64,000 nt of DNA from an archaeon (GCA_043797705.1 JAZDPJ010000002.1:20833-84832); one strand, 5' to 3'; shown: positions 47,857 through 57,411, counted from the stretch's first letter. The notes: a model not told the origin generated them from the letters alone. Made by a program: numbers and translations.

Positions 47857-47928
47857 TGCGCCGGCTGGGATTTGAACCCAGGTCATCGGCTTGGAAGGCC
47901 GAGATACTAACCACTGTACTACCGGCGC
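47857..47928 (-). tRNA. tRNA-Gly (anticodon UCC)
   Basis: 72-nt cloverleaf: GCGCCGG acceptor, anticodon arm TCGGC-CTTCCAA-GCCGA (UCC), T-arm CTGGG-TTCAAAT-CCCAG. Confidence 0.85.
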
Positions 47929-47970
47929 GGTATTACAAGTATTTTTTGCACTTTTTACTTATAAGCTTTT

Positions 47971-48405
47971 CTAAAGTCCGCAGTTTTTGCATTTGGCTGG
48001 GTGTAGTATTTTGGTTTTTTTGCTTATCAAGTAGAGTATCAGTAGGCCTAGTGATCCTCCTAGTACTGTGACTACTATATCGAAGAATCCGTCCCAGAAG
48101 AATATGTCTTGGAGGTATGGAGGGTTTTCTACGACTAGCTCTTCTAGTGTTTCGAGTACTTCCCAGATTAGTGCTCCTGCGAGTGTGAATGTCATTGTGA
48201 GTCCTTGTCTTTTGGGTATGTGTTCTATGTTTAGTATCCAGTAGATTCCTATTCCGAGTGCTATTCCTGCGAATAGGTGGCTTGGCACATCCACTAGTGG
48301 CAGTTCTTTGTATAGGTTGTAGATTCTTATCGTTAGCTCTACGAGTAGGAATACTATGACTGATATTAGTGATATTACGAATAGTTTGTCGCGGTTCCAT
48401 GCCAT
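47971..48405 (-). CDS. Hypothetical membrane protein (4 TM) with C-terminal CxxC
   Basis: Chosen over the overlapping low-complexity frame 47933..48400. Confidence 0.4.
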   Translation of the reverse strand: MAWNRDKLFVISLISVIVFLLVELTIRIYNLYKELPLVDVPSHLFAGIALGIGIYWILNIEHIPKRQGLTMTFTLAGALIWEVLETLEELVVENPPYLQDIFFWDGFFDIVVTVLGGSLGLLILYLISKKTKILHPAKCKNCGL

Positions 48406-48414
48406 ATGTTTATC

Positions 48415-48621
48415 CTATTTATTTTTGGTTTTTAACGGTTTCGTCTTCTTGCTTATTTCTATTGCTTCGCTTGTTATTGCTCTTAGTAGTATGTTGACTC
48501 CTGCGAGTATCCATATTTGCATTTTTTGGCTGAGTGGCAGTCCTAGTCCTGGGATTGCTATTGCTATTCCTGCTAGTATGTTTATCCAGAAGGTTTTTGA
48601 TTTGAATATTGTTTTTGTCAT
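48415..48621 (-). CDS. Small membrane protein (2 TM)
   Basis: 68-aa hydrophobic ORF. Confidence 0.3.
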   Translation of the reverse strand: MTKTIFKSKTFWINILAGIAIAIPGLGLPLSQKMQIWILAGVNILLRAITSEAIEISKKTKPLKTKNK

Positions 48622-48705
48622 GGTATTTTATGTGTATAAACAGGTATTTAAATTTGTTTATGTTCGGGAAATGTTTATATAGCAGCTAATTATATATTTT
48701 TTATT

Positions 48706-49137
48706 ATGAGAACTTTCAAGATTGTGACGGCGTCTGTGTTGTTCATTTTTGCTTCTTTGTTCATTTTTGGTTCTCAGGCTCCTATGACTGGTGCTGTTGT
48801 TGGTGTTGCTGGTAGCGGTTCTTTGTCTATTTTTGGTTTTGTTGTTGCTTTGGTTTCTGGTATTATTTTTGCTTCTGGTTTGGAGGAGAGGGTTAATGAT
48901 AATCCTGCTGCTAAACTTTTGAAGGGAGGTACTGTTTACACGAAGAGTAAGGAGTTGGTGAGCCTTGCTAGAGATTGCGGTTATACTCTTGAACCTGGGA
49001 GGAAGGAGGGCACTGTTGTTCTTAAGGAAGGTAAGATTATTGCTGTTATTCCAAATCATAAGTCTCTTAATAAATATACTGCTAAGGGTATTATGAAGGC
49101 ATATGCTAGTGGCGAGTCTTCTTTCAGGAAAAAATAG
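48706..49137 (+). CDS. Hypothetical membrane-anchored protein
   Basis: N-terminal TM pair with Gly-rich stretch, then a soluble C-terminal domain. Confidence 0.35.
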   Translation: MRTFKIVTASVLFIFASLFIFGSQAPMTGAVVGVAGSGSLSIFGFVVALVSGIIFASGLEERVNDNPAAKLLKGGTVYTKSKELVSLARDCGYTLEPGRKEGTVVLKEGKIIAVIPNHKSLNKYTAKGIMKAYASGESSFRKK

Positions 49138-49220
49138 TTTTTTTACGGAATTTTTAGTTAATTACTGTAAGTTGTTAAAATCGCATCCTTAGCTTTATAA
49201 CTTATCATTTATTATAAAAT

Positions 49221-50120
49221 TTGATGAAAATAAGTAATGGACGTTTTAAAAAAGGAAGTATCCCTTGGAATAAGAACTCCATTAGGAAAGTATGTTTAAA
49301 TTGTGGAAAAGAATTTTTCATTTCTAAAAGTAGGAATCTAGAAGGGAGGGGTAAATTTGATTCAATAAAATGTAAGAAGGGATATAAGTATAAGCTTGCT
49401 AAAGAATTTTTCATTAATGGAGATATGGCAGAACTTATAGGGATTATTATTGGGGATGGTTGCATCAGTAGGGTACGCAATCGGAATGATTATAGGATTC
49501 AAATTTCAGGTAATAAAATTGAAGATAAGTTCTATATGGAAGATTATTTACCAAGCTTGGTATTTAGATGTTTAAAAATAAAGTCTAAACCCTTTTTGGC
49601 AAAGAACGGTGCGTTGATATTGCAATTTCAATCTGAACCATTTAGAATCTTTTTACATTCGTTAGGTATATGTTCACCAAAAGCTAAGACTGTTTGCATA
49701 CCGGAGATTATCAAATCTAATAGATGTCATTTAAAGAGGTGTATAAGGGGTATAGCTGATACGGATTTTACTTTGATATTTACTAAACGGAAAAAAGCGG
49801 GTTTGAATTATTACCCAAGGATTTGTGCACAATTTGCTTCAGAGTCATTAGTTAAGGATTTGGAGACAAGCTTACATATAATGGGATTTACTTTAAATGT
49901 TAAGTATAATTATTTAAGAAATGATAAACGCGGTTTTAAGTACACAACAAATTTTATAAACTTAGACGGCCCAATTAATTTAAATAGATGGATAGATTTA
50001 ATTGGCTTTTCAAATATGAGAATAAAGACAAGGTATCAAGTATGGCAAGAATACAAACATCTAAAACCAAAATCGACTATCTCAGAAAGAATAGCTCTAT
50101 TAGAGGGCGCAAGGGGGTGA
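49221..50120 (+). CDS. Free-standing LAGLIDADG-family homing endonuclease with N-terminal CxxC zinc-finger-like region
   Basis: Two LAGLIDADG-type motifs, LIGIIIGDGCI and CIRGIADTDFTL, about 100 aa apart. Codon style is A-rich, unlike its T/G-rich plus-strand neighbours. Confidence 0.6.
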   Translation: MMKISNGRFKKGSIPWNKNSIRKVCLNCGKEFFISKSRNLEGRGKFDSIKCKKGYKYKLAKEFFINGDMAELIGIIIGDGCISRVRNRNDYRIQISGNKIEDKFYMEDYLPSLVFRCLKIKSKPFLAKNGALILQFQSEPFRIFLHSLGICSPKAKTVCIPEIIKSNRCHLKRCIRGIADTDFTLIFTKRKKAGLNYYPRICAQFASESLVKDLETSLHIMGFTLNVKYNYLRNDKRGFKYTTNFINLDGPINLNRWIDLIGFSNMRIKTRYQVWQEYKHLKPKSTISERIALLEGARG

Positions 50121-50150
50121 GGGGTATATGGGCGGCAATATTTTAGTTTT

Positions 50151-50765
50151 TTGTGCCCATTCGTAGCGGACGATGAGGCCGTTGGGATGGCGGGTACTAT
50201 TGCTAAGTATGTGAAAGAAGGAAAAAATGTAATCAAGGTTGTTTTCAGTTATGGTGAATCTTCTCATCCTCATTTTCAGGAGAGGATAGTTAAGAAGAAC
50301 AGGCTTAAGGAGACTGATAAGGCAAGTAGTTTTCTTGGGATAAAGGAGACTATGTTTTTGGGTATGCGTGATACTAAGGTTACTGAGGATATTTCTAAGA
50401 ATGGTATTGCTAGGGTTGTTACAATTATTAAGAAGTATAACCCTGAAAAAATTTATATCCCTTCTGCGCAGGATCCTCATCCGGATCATCAGGCTGTTCA
50501 TGCTGCGGTTTTGGAGGCTGTGGACGCTTCAAAAAGGGGTTATCATGTTTTTGCTTATGAGGTTTGGAATTTGATGAAAGAGCAGCAGCCGTTCCTTTAT
50601 ATGGATATTACTCCTTATTTCAAGAAGAAGCTTGAATATATTCGCTTTTTCAAGAGCCAATGGCAGTACATGTATGCGTTGTGGCTGCCGGTGCATGTTC
50701 GTTCGATGTTGTATGGTTATAGGGAGGGTTGCAGGTATGCTGAGAGGTTTTATAAGATAAGATGA
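50151..50765 (+). CDS. PIG-L/LmbE-family N-acetylglucosaminyl deacetylase (5' end apparently frameshifted)
   Basis: ...DDEAVGMAGTIAKYVKEG... and HPDHQAVH motifs. The canonical N-terminus MGGNILVFCAHS is in another frame (50128-50166), so the ORF as drawn uses a TTG start. Confidence 0.55.
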   Translation: MCPFVADDEAVGMAGTIAKYVKEGKNVIKVVFSYGESSHPHFQERIVKKNRLKETDKASSFLGIKETMFLGMRDTKVTEDISKNGIARVVTIIKKYNPEKIYIPSAQDPHPDHQAVHAAVLEAVDASKRGYHVFAYEVWNLMKEQQPFLYMDITPYFKKKLEYIRFFKSQWQYMYALWLPVHVRSMLYGYREGCRYAERFYKIR

Positions 50766-51877
50766 GAGTGCTTTTTTTTGTTACTGGTGTTGGGTATGGG
50801 GATGCTACTAGGGAGCATGCCCATATTGAGGCTTTGTTGAAGAGGGAGCCTAAGACTAAGATTATGATTGCTGCTTATCAGAATTCTTATGAGTATTTTA
50901 AGGGTAAGTTTCCGGTTTTTAAGATTCGTGGTTATAATATTAAGGATGTGGCTATGAAGTTCAAGGTTATTCCTTTTATTTTCAATAATATGGTTCTTCC
51001 TTTTTTTTGGATTTCTACTGCTATTAGTATGAGGAAGCAGATTAAGAAGTTTAATCCTGATTTGATTGTTTCTGATTTTGAGCCTGCGGGTATTACTGCT
51101 GCTAAGATTACTGGCAGAAAGTGTATTATGGTTTTTGGTTATGATCCTAAGACTAGGAAGGAGTATTCGAAGAAGAATAAGCTGAGCAAGAAGTGTTGGT
51201 TGGAGGCTAAGTATTTTGAGAGTTTGTATGACAGGGCGGATTTTGTTGTTATCCCTACTTTGTTTGGTGTGAAGGGGCAGAGTGTTTTGTATCATTATGT
51301 GAATCCTGTTGTTAGGAAGATGCCTTCTGATTTGCCTGATAGTAAGAAGTTGATGAAGAAGTGGGGTTTGAGGAGGGCTCCTGTTGTTGTTATGCTTGGG
51401 GGTTCTGATTTTGGTTTGAAGCTTGCTAGGAATTTGCAGAGGGCTGCTCATAGGTTTGATGAGGATTTTCTTGTTTTTGGTTCTAGTCAGCAGTTGAAGT
51501 CAAGCAAGAATTTTAGGCATATTCGTTTTAGTGATAGCTTCTTGGATTACTTGAAGGTTTCTAAGGGAGTTATTACTCTTGGTGGTCAGAAGATGCTTAC
51601 TGAGGCTCTCGCTTTCAAGAAGCCTTTGCTTGTTTTTCCTGTTGAGAATCATGTTGAGCAGTTGATGAATGCTTATAGTATTCGTAAGGTTGCTATTGTT
51701 GGAACTAATACTAATCAGAGGGAGTTTGAGAGGCAGTTGAGGAAGTTTTTGAGGAATTTGCCTGATTTGCAGAGAAGGATGGACAAGTTGGATATTGAGT
51801 TTGATGGTGCTGGGCAGATGGCTAAGCTGTTGATTGATCTTAAGAAGAATCCTTTAGGATTGAAAGCCATGCGTTAG
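50762..51877 (+). CDS. Glycosyltransferase (MurG/GT28- or GT1-like, UDP-sugar dependent)
   Basis: N-terminal MRVLFFVTGVGYGDATREHA and a C-terminal nucleotide-sugar-binding-like region (VVMLGGSDFG). Start overlaps the LmbE stop by 4 nt. Confidence 0.55.
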   Translation: MRVLFFVTGVGYGDATREHAHIEALLKREPKTKIMIAAYQNSYEYFKGKFPVFKIRGYNIKDVAMKFKVIPFIFNNMVLPFFWISTAISMRKQIKKFNPDLIVSDFEPAGITAAKITGRKCIMVFGYDPKTRKEYSKKNKLSKKCWLEAKYFESLYDRADFVVIPTLFGVKGQSVLYHYVNPVVRKMPSDLPDSKKLMKKWGLRRAPVVVMLGGSDFGLKLARNLQRAAHRFDEDFLVFGSSQQLKSSKNFRHIRFSDSFLDYLKVSKGVITLGGQKMLTEALAFKKPLLVFPVENHVEQLMNAYSIRKVAIVGTNTNQREFERQLRKFLRNLPDLQRRMDKLDIEFDGAGQMAKLLIDLKKNPLGLKAMR

Positions 51878-52700
51878 GGTTTTTTCTTTTCATTATTGCG
51901 TCGATAGAATACACTGCTATGTTTTTGAATCCTTTTGATTGTGCGTATTTCATGTCTGTTGCTAATTCTTTTGTGTTGTTATAGTGGGGTTCGTTTCCGA
52001 ATATTCCGGAGTGTATGAGTCCTACTGAGCACATTTTTGCTTTTCTTTTTAGGGCTATGCGGAAGTTCCACCATCTTAGCAGACTTCTGAAGTGTAATAG
52101 TGATGTGTAGCACATTATGTTTTTGTTGTGTGTAGGATAATAGCAGCCCCAGTTTTTCAACATAAACTTTGGTAGTGGGAACTCGTTTATTAGTACATCG
52201 TTATTTTGTGATATTTCTTTTATTGTTTTTAATAGATACTTGCTGTTTTTTCCTTTCTTGAATGCTATTCCGAGTATGTATTTGAGAACTCCTAGGTTGG
52301 AGTATTTGTATTTTGGTAGAGGGGGTTCTAAGTCTATTTTGAGTTTTGTTTTTTTGAACTCCAATAATCTGTCTATGCAGTATCTGCTTGTGAATCCTGA
52401 GAACCAGTATCCTTCAGCTTTTGTGAGCACTGGCCACGCATTCACTTCTGAAATGTTTTTGCATGCTTTCTTTATTTCCCTTACCCACCAGTTATAATTA
52501 GAATAGCTTGTGCAGGCAACATAGATCTCTGGTTTGTAGTTGATTTCTTTCAGTAGTTTGTCTAGTTTTTTCCAGTCTACTTTGTGTGGAAATTCGCACC
52601 AGAGTATTATTCTTTCAAACATATCTATAGAGATAGTGGGGGTATATAAATAAGATTCTGTTTTTTTACAAAATCTTTTTAAATTGCATCTAATTACCAT
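51840..52700 (-). CDS. Hypothetical protein
   Basis: 286 aa, Cys/Trp/Tyr-rich, no motif. Confidence 0.35.
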   Translation of the reverse strand: MVIRCNLKRFCKKTESYLYTPTISIDMFERIILWCEFPHKVDWKKLDKLLKEINYKPEIYVACTSYSNYNWWVREIKKACKNISEVNAWPVLTKAEGYWFSGFTSRYCIDRLLEFKKTKLKIDLEPPLPKYKYSNLGVLKYILGIAFKKGKNSKYLLKTIKEISQNNDVLINEFPLPKFMLKNWGCYYPTHNKNIMCYTSLLHFRSLLRWWNFRIALKRKAKMCSVGLIHSGIFGNEPHYNNTKELATDMKYAQSKGFKNIAVYSIDAIMKRKNPNAWLSILKDSS

Positions 52701-52711
52701 ATCTGATAAAA

Positions 52712-53755
52712 GTGGACGAAGCGCAAAAAGAGGGTTCTAAGCTGGAAAAGATGCTATTTTCAGCAGGTAGGATTACAAAGAAAGGTTTGAGAGCTGGATT
52801 GATATGTAGTGTCCTATTTGGTAATGTCTTTGGGTTATTTAATTTGTATGCAAAATGGGTGTATCAAGTAAAGACTAATTATGGTGTTGTAATTACGCAG
52901 GCTGATGGTGAGAGGGTTGCTATCACAGAGTCAGGATGGCATATGCGGATACCTTTACTTTCAACGTATGAGAATGATAGAGAGCAATATGCTCTGGCGA
53001 ATCAAGTATTATTTTTGGATGGAAAGACTGATATGCATGAGGTTATCGCAAGGGATGAGGTTACTATGGCGGCGGCGGTAACATATTATGAGATAACGGA
53101 TTTGCGTCAATACGCTATAGAGAATGTTAAGGCAGAAATGAGAACATTTGAAGAGACCGAGATGATGCGGGGGGTAACAAAATTTTCTATGACTCCTAGG
53201 GGTATGCTCCAGAAAAAACTTGACTCTATAATAGGCACCAATATCCAAAAAACAGAGCAGGAGGATCTGATTCATAACAGGGGTAAGGTTGAAGATAAGA
53301 TCTTTCAGGATTTACTTGATTCTGATATCTCTAAGAGATTTGGAATAAAATTCAACGGTTTCAATTTTTCTAATACTAGCTATATGCCTGATGTTGTGAA
53401 GGCTAATGCGGAAAAACAAACCTTGCGGGCTATTGCAGAAGGGAAAAATGCTGCGGCAGAGGTGGAGAGGAAAACAATAGAGGTATTGGCGAAAGCTGAT
53501 GCGAATAAGATAGAGATTTTGGCTGAGGCTGATGCTAATAAAATAAAGATATTGGCGAAAGCTGATGCAAATAAATATTATATCCTTGAGAAGGCATTGA
53601 ATCCGCAGACTCCTGAGGAGAAAAAACATGTACAAGACATATTCAGAGCTTTAGTGAAATACAAGACAATTCAAGAAAAAGCTGGTAGTACTGTCTGGGT
53701 AGTTCCAGATTCAGCCAGCCCAATTCCTACATATAACCCCGGATCATTGAAATAA
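52712..53755 (+). CDS. SPFH/band-7 (stomatin/HflK/C/flotillin-like) membrane protein
   Basis: N-terminal TM, SPFH core, and C-terminal repeats ILAKADANKIEILAEADANKIKILAKADANK typical of flotillin/HflC-like tails. Confidence 0.7.
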   Translation: MDEAQKEGSKLEKMLFSAGRITKKGLRAGLICSVLFGNVFGLFNLYAKWVYQVKTNYGVVITQADGERVAITESGWHMRIPLLSTYENDREQYALANQVLFLDGKTDMHEVIARDEVTMAAAVTYYEITDLRQYAIENVKAEMRTFEETEMMRGVTKFSMTPRGMLQKKLDSIIGTNIQKTEQEDLIHNRGKVEDKIFQDLLDSDISKRFGIKFNGFNFSNTSYMPDVVKANAEKQTLRAIAEGKNAAAEVERKTIEVLAKADANKIEILAEADANKIKILAKADANKYYILEKALNPQTPEEKKHVQDIFRALVKYKTIQEKAGSTVWVVPDSASPIPTYNPGSLK

Positions 53756-53757
53756 TC

Positions 53758-56700
53758 ATGCCCATTCACAAGACTCAAGAGCCAATTACTGTAATATTAG
53801 AGAAAGATAGGAAACTTTTATTGGATGAGTTAGCTGATTCTTGGTCTATGGACCATAAAAAGTTTATTCTGCAGTCTTTGAGAAAGTATGCTCCTTCAGT
53901 GATAAAGCCTACAAAAACTAATCTTGATAGTATGCGGGACTTATTGTTTGGTAAGGATAAGAAGGTGGATAAGAGGGAGATCTTGCATCTTGCAAACCCG
54001 GAGATTTTTAAAAACCCTTCGGAGAGGTATAAGATTACTGGGGAGAAGGATCCTACAAAGGCATTGCATAGGATATTTGATGAGGAGATAACTTCAAATG
54101 ATCGGACTTATCTTATTCATTTACTTGACAAGGAGACAGATGATGTTTTTATCCCTCCAGAATTGATAGAAGAGTTTGCGATAGGTCACAGGAGGCATCA
54201 TCAGAATCTTCTTCTTGAGGAAAGAGCTCCTAAGGCTCCTTTTTATCTTTTTCTTGGACCGACTGGTTCTGGGAAAACAAAGACTGTTAATAGGGCAATT
54301 GAGCGTGCATTGTTTAATCAGGAGTTGGAGATAAAGTATAAGGTGGATGAGGACCTTGAGGGGATTATTGAGAGGCATCCTATCATGGCTAGGATTGATT
54401 TGGCTGCAGTTGCCCCTGAGGCTGCTGAGCGTATTGGGAAGGAAAAGCGTAGGAAGAAGTTAAAGTTTTTTTCTACGATTCCGATACTTAAGGATTTTTA
54501 CAAAGAAGAGACAGCAGAGGTGTTAAAGGAAGAGAAAAAAGAGTTTGGAATGTCTATTGATAAGGACCAGATTAATCCGAATAATGTTCAGACAATGTGG
54601 TATGGTGAGACTGGTAACAAGATGATGACTTCATTTGGGTCAAAGGGAGCTATTAGTATAAGGGTGTTGGAGGAGGCGCATGCTTTATTGCGTGTCCATG
54701 AGAGCCGTAGTGCGCAAGTGCAGGAAGATACTTTGGTGTCTACATTTAACATAATTATGGATGAGATAGAAAAGGGTGAACGGAATTGTATGGTTGTTGC
54801 ATTGACTAGGAGGGGTGAAGAGTTTCATGAGGATATTTTTAGACGTTTTCAGGAGAAGGGAAGGATCATTGATATGAGCGACTATTGGAAGAATCCTGAA
54901 ACTATCGAGGAGCTTATCAAGATAGAGGTGAAACAGCAGGATGTTGAGATGCCGGGGGATGTTGAACGTAAGGATCTTGCAAATAAGGTGTTGCAGATAT
55001 TTGAGTATCGTGATTTGGATTTGACGCCTGCGTATGTGCGGAAGCTTTTGGCGTCTATTATTGAGGAGAAGAAACAGTTGCTGAATGAATACTTGGATGA
55101 TGGGGTTCTTGTGCGGCGGGCGTTTGTGAATGTTGCGAGAAATCTTTATCCTGAAATGTTCAAAAAGACGTATAATAAAATGGTGAGGAATGTTGAGTGG
55201 GGTGATTATGTTGGGGATATTAAGGAAGAATTCCAGCGTTCGGCAAATCAGCGTCTTATTCATAACTTATCAACAGAAAAAGGAGTTATATTGGCTGGGC
55301 CTCCTGGATCTGGAAAAACATTTCTTGCAAGGGCTTATCTTTCACGTAACAAGGATATTGCGGATATAACTCTTAGTATTGAGGATTTGCAGGATGATAG
55401 GGATCCTATAGACGGGCCTGTTAGGAAATTGGCTGAGTCGATTGACATAGCGAAGATGTGTGCTCCGAGTGTGTACTTTGTTGATGAGGGGGATACTATT
55501 GCTATGGAGCGTCAGGGTAATTCGATACAGGATAGGATTCCGAATAAGCTTCTTAATGCTATTTCTGGTGAGAATGAGATTAAGGGGGTATTTTTTGCAT
55601 TGACAACGAATAATCCTGAGCGTCTTGCAGAGGCGGCTAAAAGGTCGGGTAGGTTGAGGGTGATGACAATAACTGGAAAGCTTACTGAGCGTGATATCTA
55701 TAAGTTGTTGGGTAATTATTTGAAAGGGGAGGTTGTTTCACCTGAGATAAGTGAGCAGAGGGTTTATTCTATTGCTAGGAAGATTTGTTCTACGCCTGCT
55801 GATTATAGTGCGTTTTTTGAGACTATTGTTAATTTTAAGAATGAGGAGCGTGAGATTATTAAGTTTGCTTCTAAAACTGAAGAGAGGGGTCTTGATGATT
55901 TTATAATTTCTAATTATAAGGCTTTGATAGGGATTGTTGAGAGTCTTGGTTTTTCGTCGGGTTTTGTGAATGATGCGAGGAGGGATATTTCTTTTCTTAT
56001 TAATAATAAGGATGTGTTAATGGTGAAGGTTAGGGAGGCAGTTGAAAAAAATGACTACCCGATAACTATTGCTCATCTGGATAGGGCGCATAATGATAGG
56101 ATGCAGGCGCCTAGGTTGAAGGGTAAGATTAGTTTGGATGATTATCTTGAGAGTCAGCTTTCTTCAGAGCCTCAGGTGGGTATGGTGATTGGTGCTGGGG
56201 CATCTGATACAAGTGGTTTGTTGGTGCCTATAAGGTCGTCTATTATTTATGATGGGGATAACTTGAATGAGAAGACTGTTGTTACAGGGGCTGTTCCTGT
56301 TAATGCTCCGCAGGCCGCAGAATTGAATGCTGCTGTTGAGATGGTGAAGCAGTCAGCTAAGGAGGCTTTGACACTTGTGTTGAATTATTTGGATTCTTTG
56401 TTTCTTGAGAAGGATGTAAAACGTGTTATTGGTACTTATTTGAAGAACAGGCATTTTCATCATCAGTTCCTTACAGCGCAGTATATGAGTGGGGGGCCTA
56501 GTGCGGGTATGGCTTTGGCGATAAATACTTTGTCTTCTATATTGGAGCTTCCGGTGAGGCATGATTTTGGGATTACTGGTGCTCCTTGGAGTGGTGGCAA
56601 GACTAAGAAGGATACTGGTTCTGCTGTTATTATTGGTGGTGCGGATAATAAGTCTCAGATTGTTTTGAGTTATCTTAATAGGATGTATATTCCTGTGCAA

Positions 56701-57054
56701 AATATGAAGGACATAAATCTTTTGACTCTTGAGGGTTTTTGGAAAAATGGGAAGGATATTGTTGGTTATGAGAATTTTCCGTCAATTATTGGTGAGGTGT
56801 ATTGTCTGGATAATTTAGTGACAAATTCGGCTGAGGAACTATTTGAGAAACGTATTGAGGCAAAGAGGCTTGATCTTGTTGCTGTGGATGATGCGAGGGT
56901 GTTGTTCAGTGAGGTTGATGCTCTTAGTGCGATATTAAGAAAAAATGCTGAGAAGGTTATAACCGATCGTGTAGGCTGTATAGAGAGATATATTCGTGAT
57001 GGTAATGCTGATGAGTTTATGAGTTTGGAGGGTATTTTTAAAAAGTATAATTAA
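53758..57054 (+). CDS. Large ATP-dependent protease-like protein: two AAA+ modules plus a C-terminal Lon (S16) protease domain
   Basis: Walker A FLGPTGSGKT (module 1). Module 2 has ILAGPPGSGKTF, Walker B VYFVDEGD and sensor ALTTNNPERL. The C-terminal Lon domain has the Ser motif GGPSAGMA and a Lys (VIIGGADNK) at the spacing of the E. coli Lon S679/K722 dyad. Starts 3 nt after the SPFH gene. Confidence 0.7.
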   Translation: MPIHKTQEPITVILEKDRKLLLDELADSWSMDHKKFILQSLRKYAPSVIKPTKTNLDSMRDLLFGKDKKVDKREILHLANPEIFKNPSERYKITGEKDPTKALHRIFDEEITSNDRTYLIHLLDKETDDVFIPPELIEEFAIGHRRHHQNLLLEERAPKAPFYLFLGPTGSGKTKTVNRAIERALFNQELEIKYKVDEDLEGIIERHPIMARIDLAAVAPEAAERIGKEKRRKKLKFFSTIPILKDFYKEETAEVLKEEKKEFGMSIDKDQINPNNVQTMWYGETGNKMMTSFGSKGAISIRVLEEAHALLRVHESRSAQVQEDTLVSTFNIIMDEIEKGERNCMVVALTRRGEEFHEDIFRRFQEKGRIIDMSDYWKNPETIEELIKIEVKQQDVEMPGDVERKDLANKVLQIFEYRDLDLTPAYVRKLLASIIEEKKQLLNEYLDDGVLVRRAFVNVARNLYPEMFKKTYNKMVRNVEWGDYVGDIKEEFQRSANQRLIHNLSTEKGVILAGPPGSGKTFLARAYLSRNKDIADITLSIEDLQDDRDPIDGPVRKLAESIDIAKMCAPSVYFVDEGDTIAMERQGNSIQDRIPNKLLNAISGENEIKGVFFALTTNNPERLAEAAKRSGRLRVMTITGKLTERDIYKLLGNYLKGEVVSPEISEQRVYSIARKICSTPADYSAFFETIVNFKNEEREIIKFASKTEERGLDDFIISNYKALIGIVESLGFSSGFVNDARRDISFLINNKDVLMVKVREAVEKNDYPITIAHLDRAHNDRMQAPRLKGKISLDDYLESQLSSEPQVGMVIGAGASDTSGLLVPIRSSIIYDGDNLNEKTVVTGAVPVNAPQAAELNAAVEMVKQSAKEALTLVLNYLDSLFLEKDVKRVIGTYLKNRHFHHQFLTAQYMSGGPSAGMALAINTLSSILELPVRHDFGITGAPWSGGKTKKDTGSAVIIGGADNKSQIVLSYLNRMYIPVQNMKDINLLTLEGFWKNGKDIVGYENFPSIIGEVYCLDNLVTNSAEELFEKRIEAKRLDLVAVDDARVLFSEVDALSAILRKNAEKVITDRVGCIERYIRDGNADEFMSLEGIFKKYN

Positions 57055-57057
57055 AAC

Positions 57058-57411
57058 TTATTTCTTTTTTTTCTTGTATATGTAGATGAATGCTATTGCC
57101 ATTACTGTTATGTTTATTAGCATGAAGTATCCGTTTCCCCAGCTCGTTCCGGGGAATTTCCATTCTGATATTGGCCAGAGGAATGGTGTTGGGAGGAATT
57201 CTCTTGTGTGGGTGAAGAGATCCATTGTTATTGCTACTGGCCAGGCTAGCATGTACCAATGTATTTTTTTTAGGTATAGGCTGATAAGTATTATTGCTAT
57301 TGCTGCGAGTATTAGGCTGTGGCTTACATTGTATAGTGTGAACACCCATTCCGGCATATTCGTTAGGTGTGGCTCTCCGAATTCTCGTATGAATAGCAGG
57401 TTGTAGAACAT
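57058..57411 (-). CDS. Small membrane protein (start uncertain; in-frame upstream extension lacks a start codon)
   Basis: Three TM segments. The upstream in-frame sequence WIKKPWKAVAFGLLPDTASWAVY also looks protein-like. Confidence 0.3.
   Translation of the reverse strand: MFYNLLFIREFGEPHLTNMPEWVFTLYNVSHSLILAAIAIILISLYLKKIHWYMLAWPVAITMDLFTHTREFLPTPFLWPISEWKFPGTSWGNGYFMLINITVMAIAFIYIYKKKKK

Noticed and set aside
53758-57054. Considered Orc1/Cdc6 (origin-binding AAA+) because of the nearby skew-switch hypothesis
   Set aside because: It has two AAA modules plus a clear Lon S16 protease domain (GPSAG Ser / IGGxxxK Lys) and no winged-helix C-terminus. It is also 32 kb from the skew switch.
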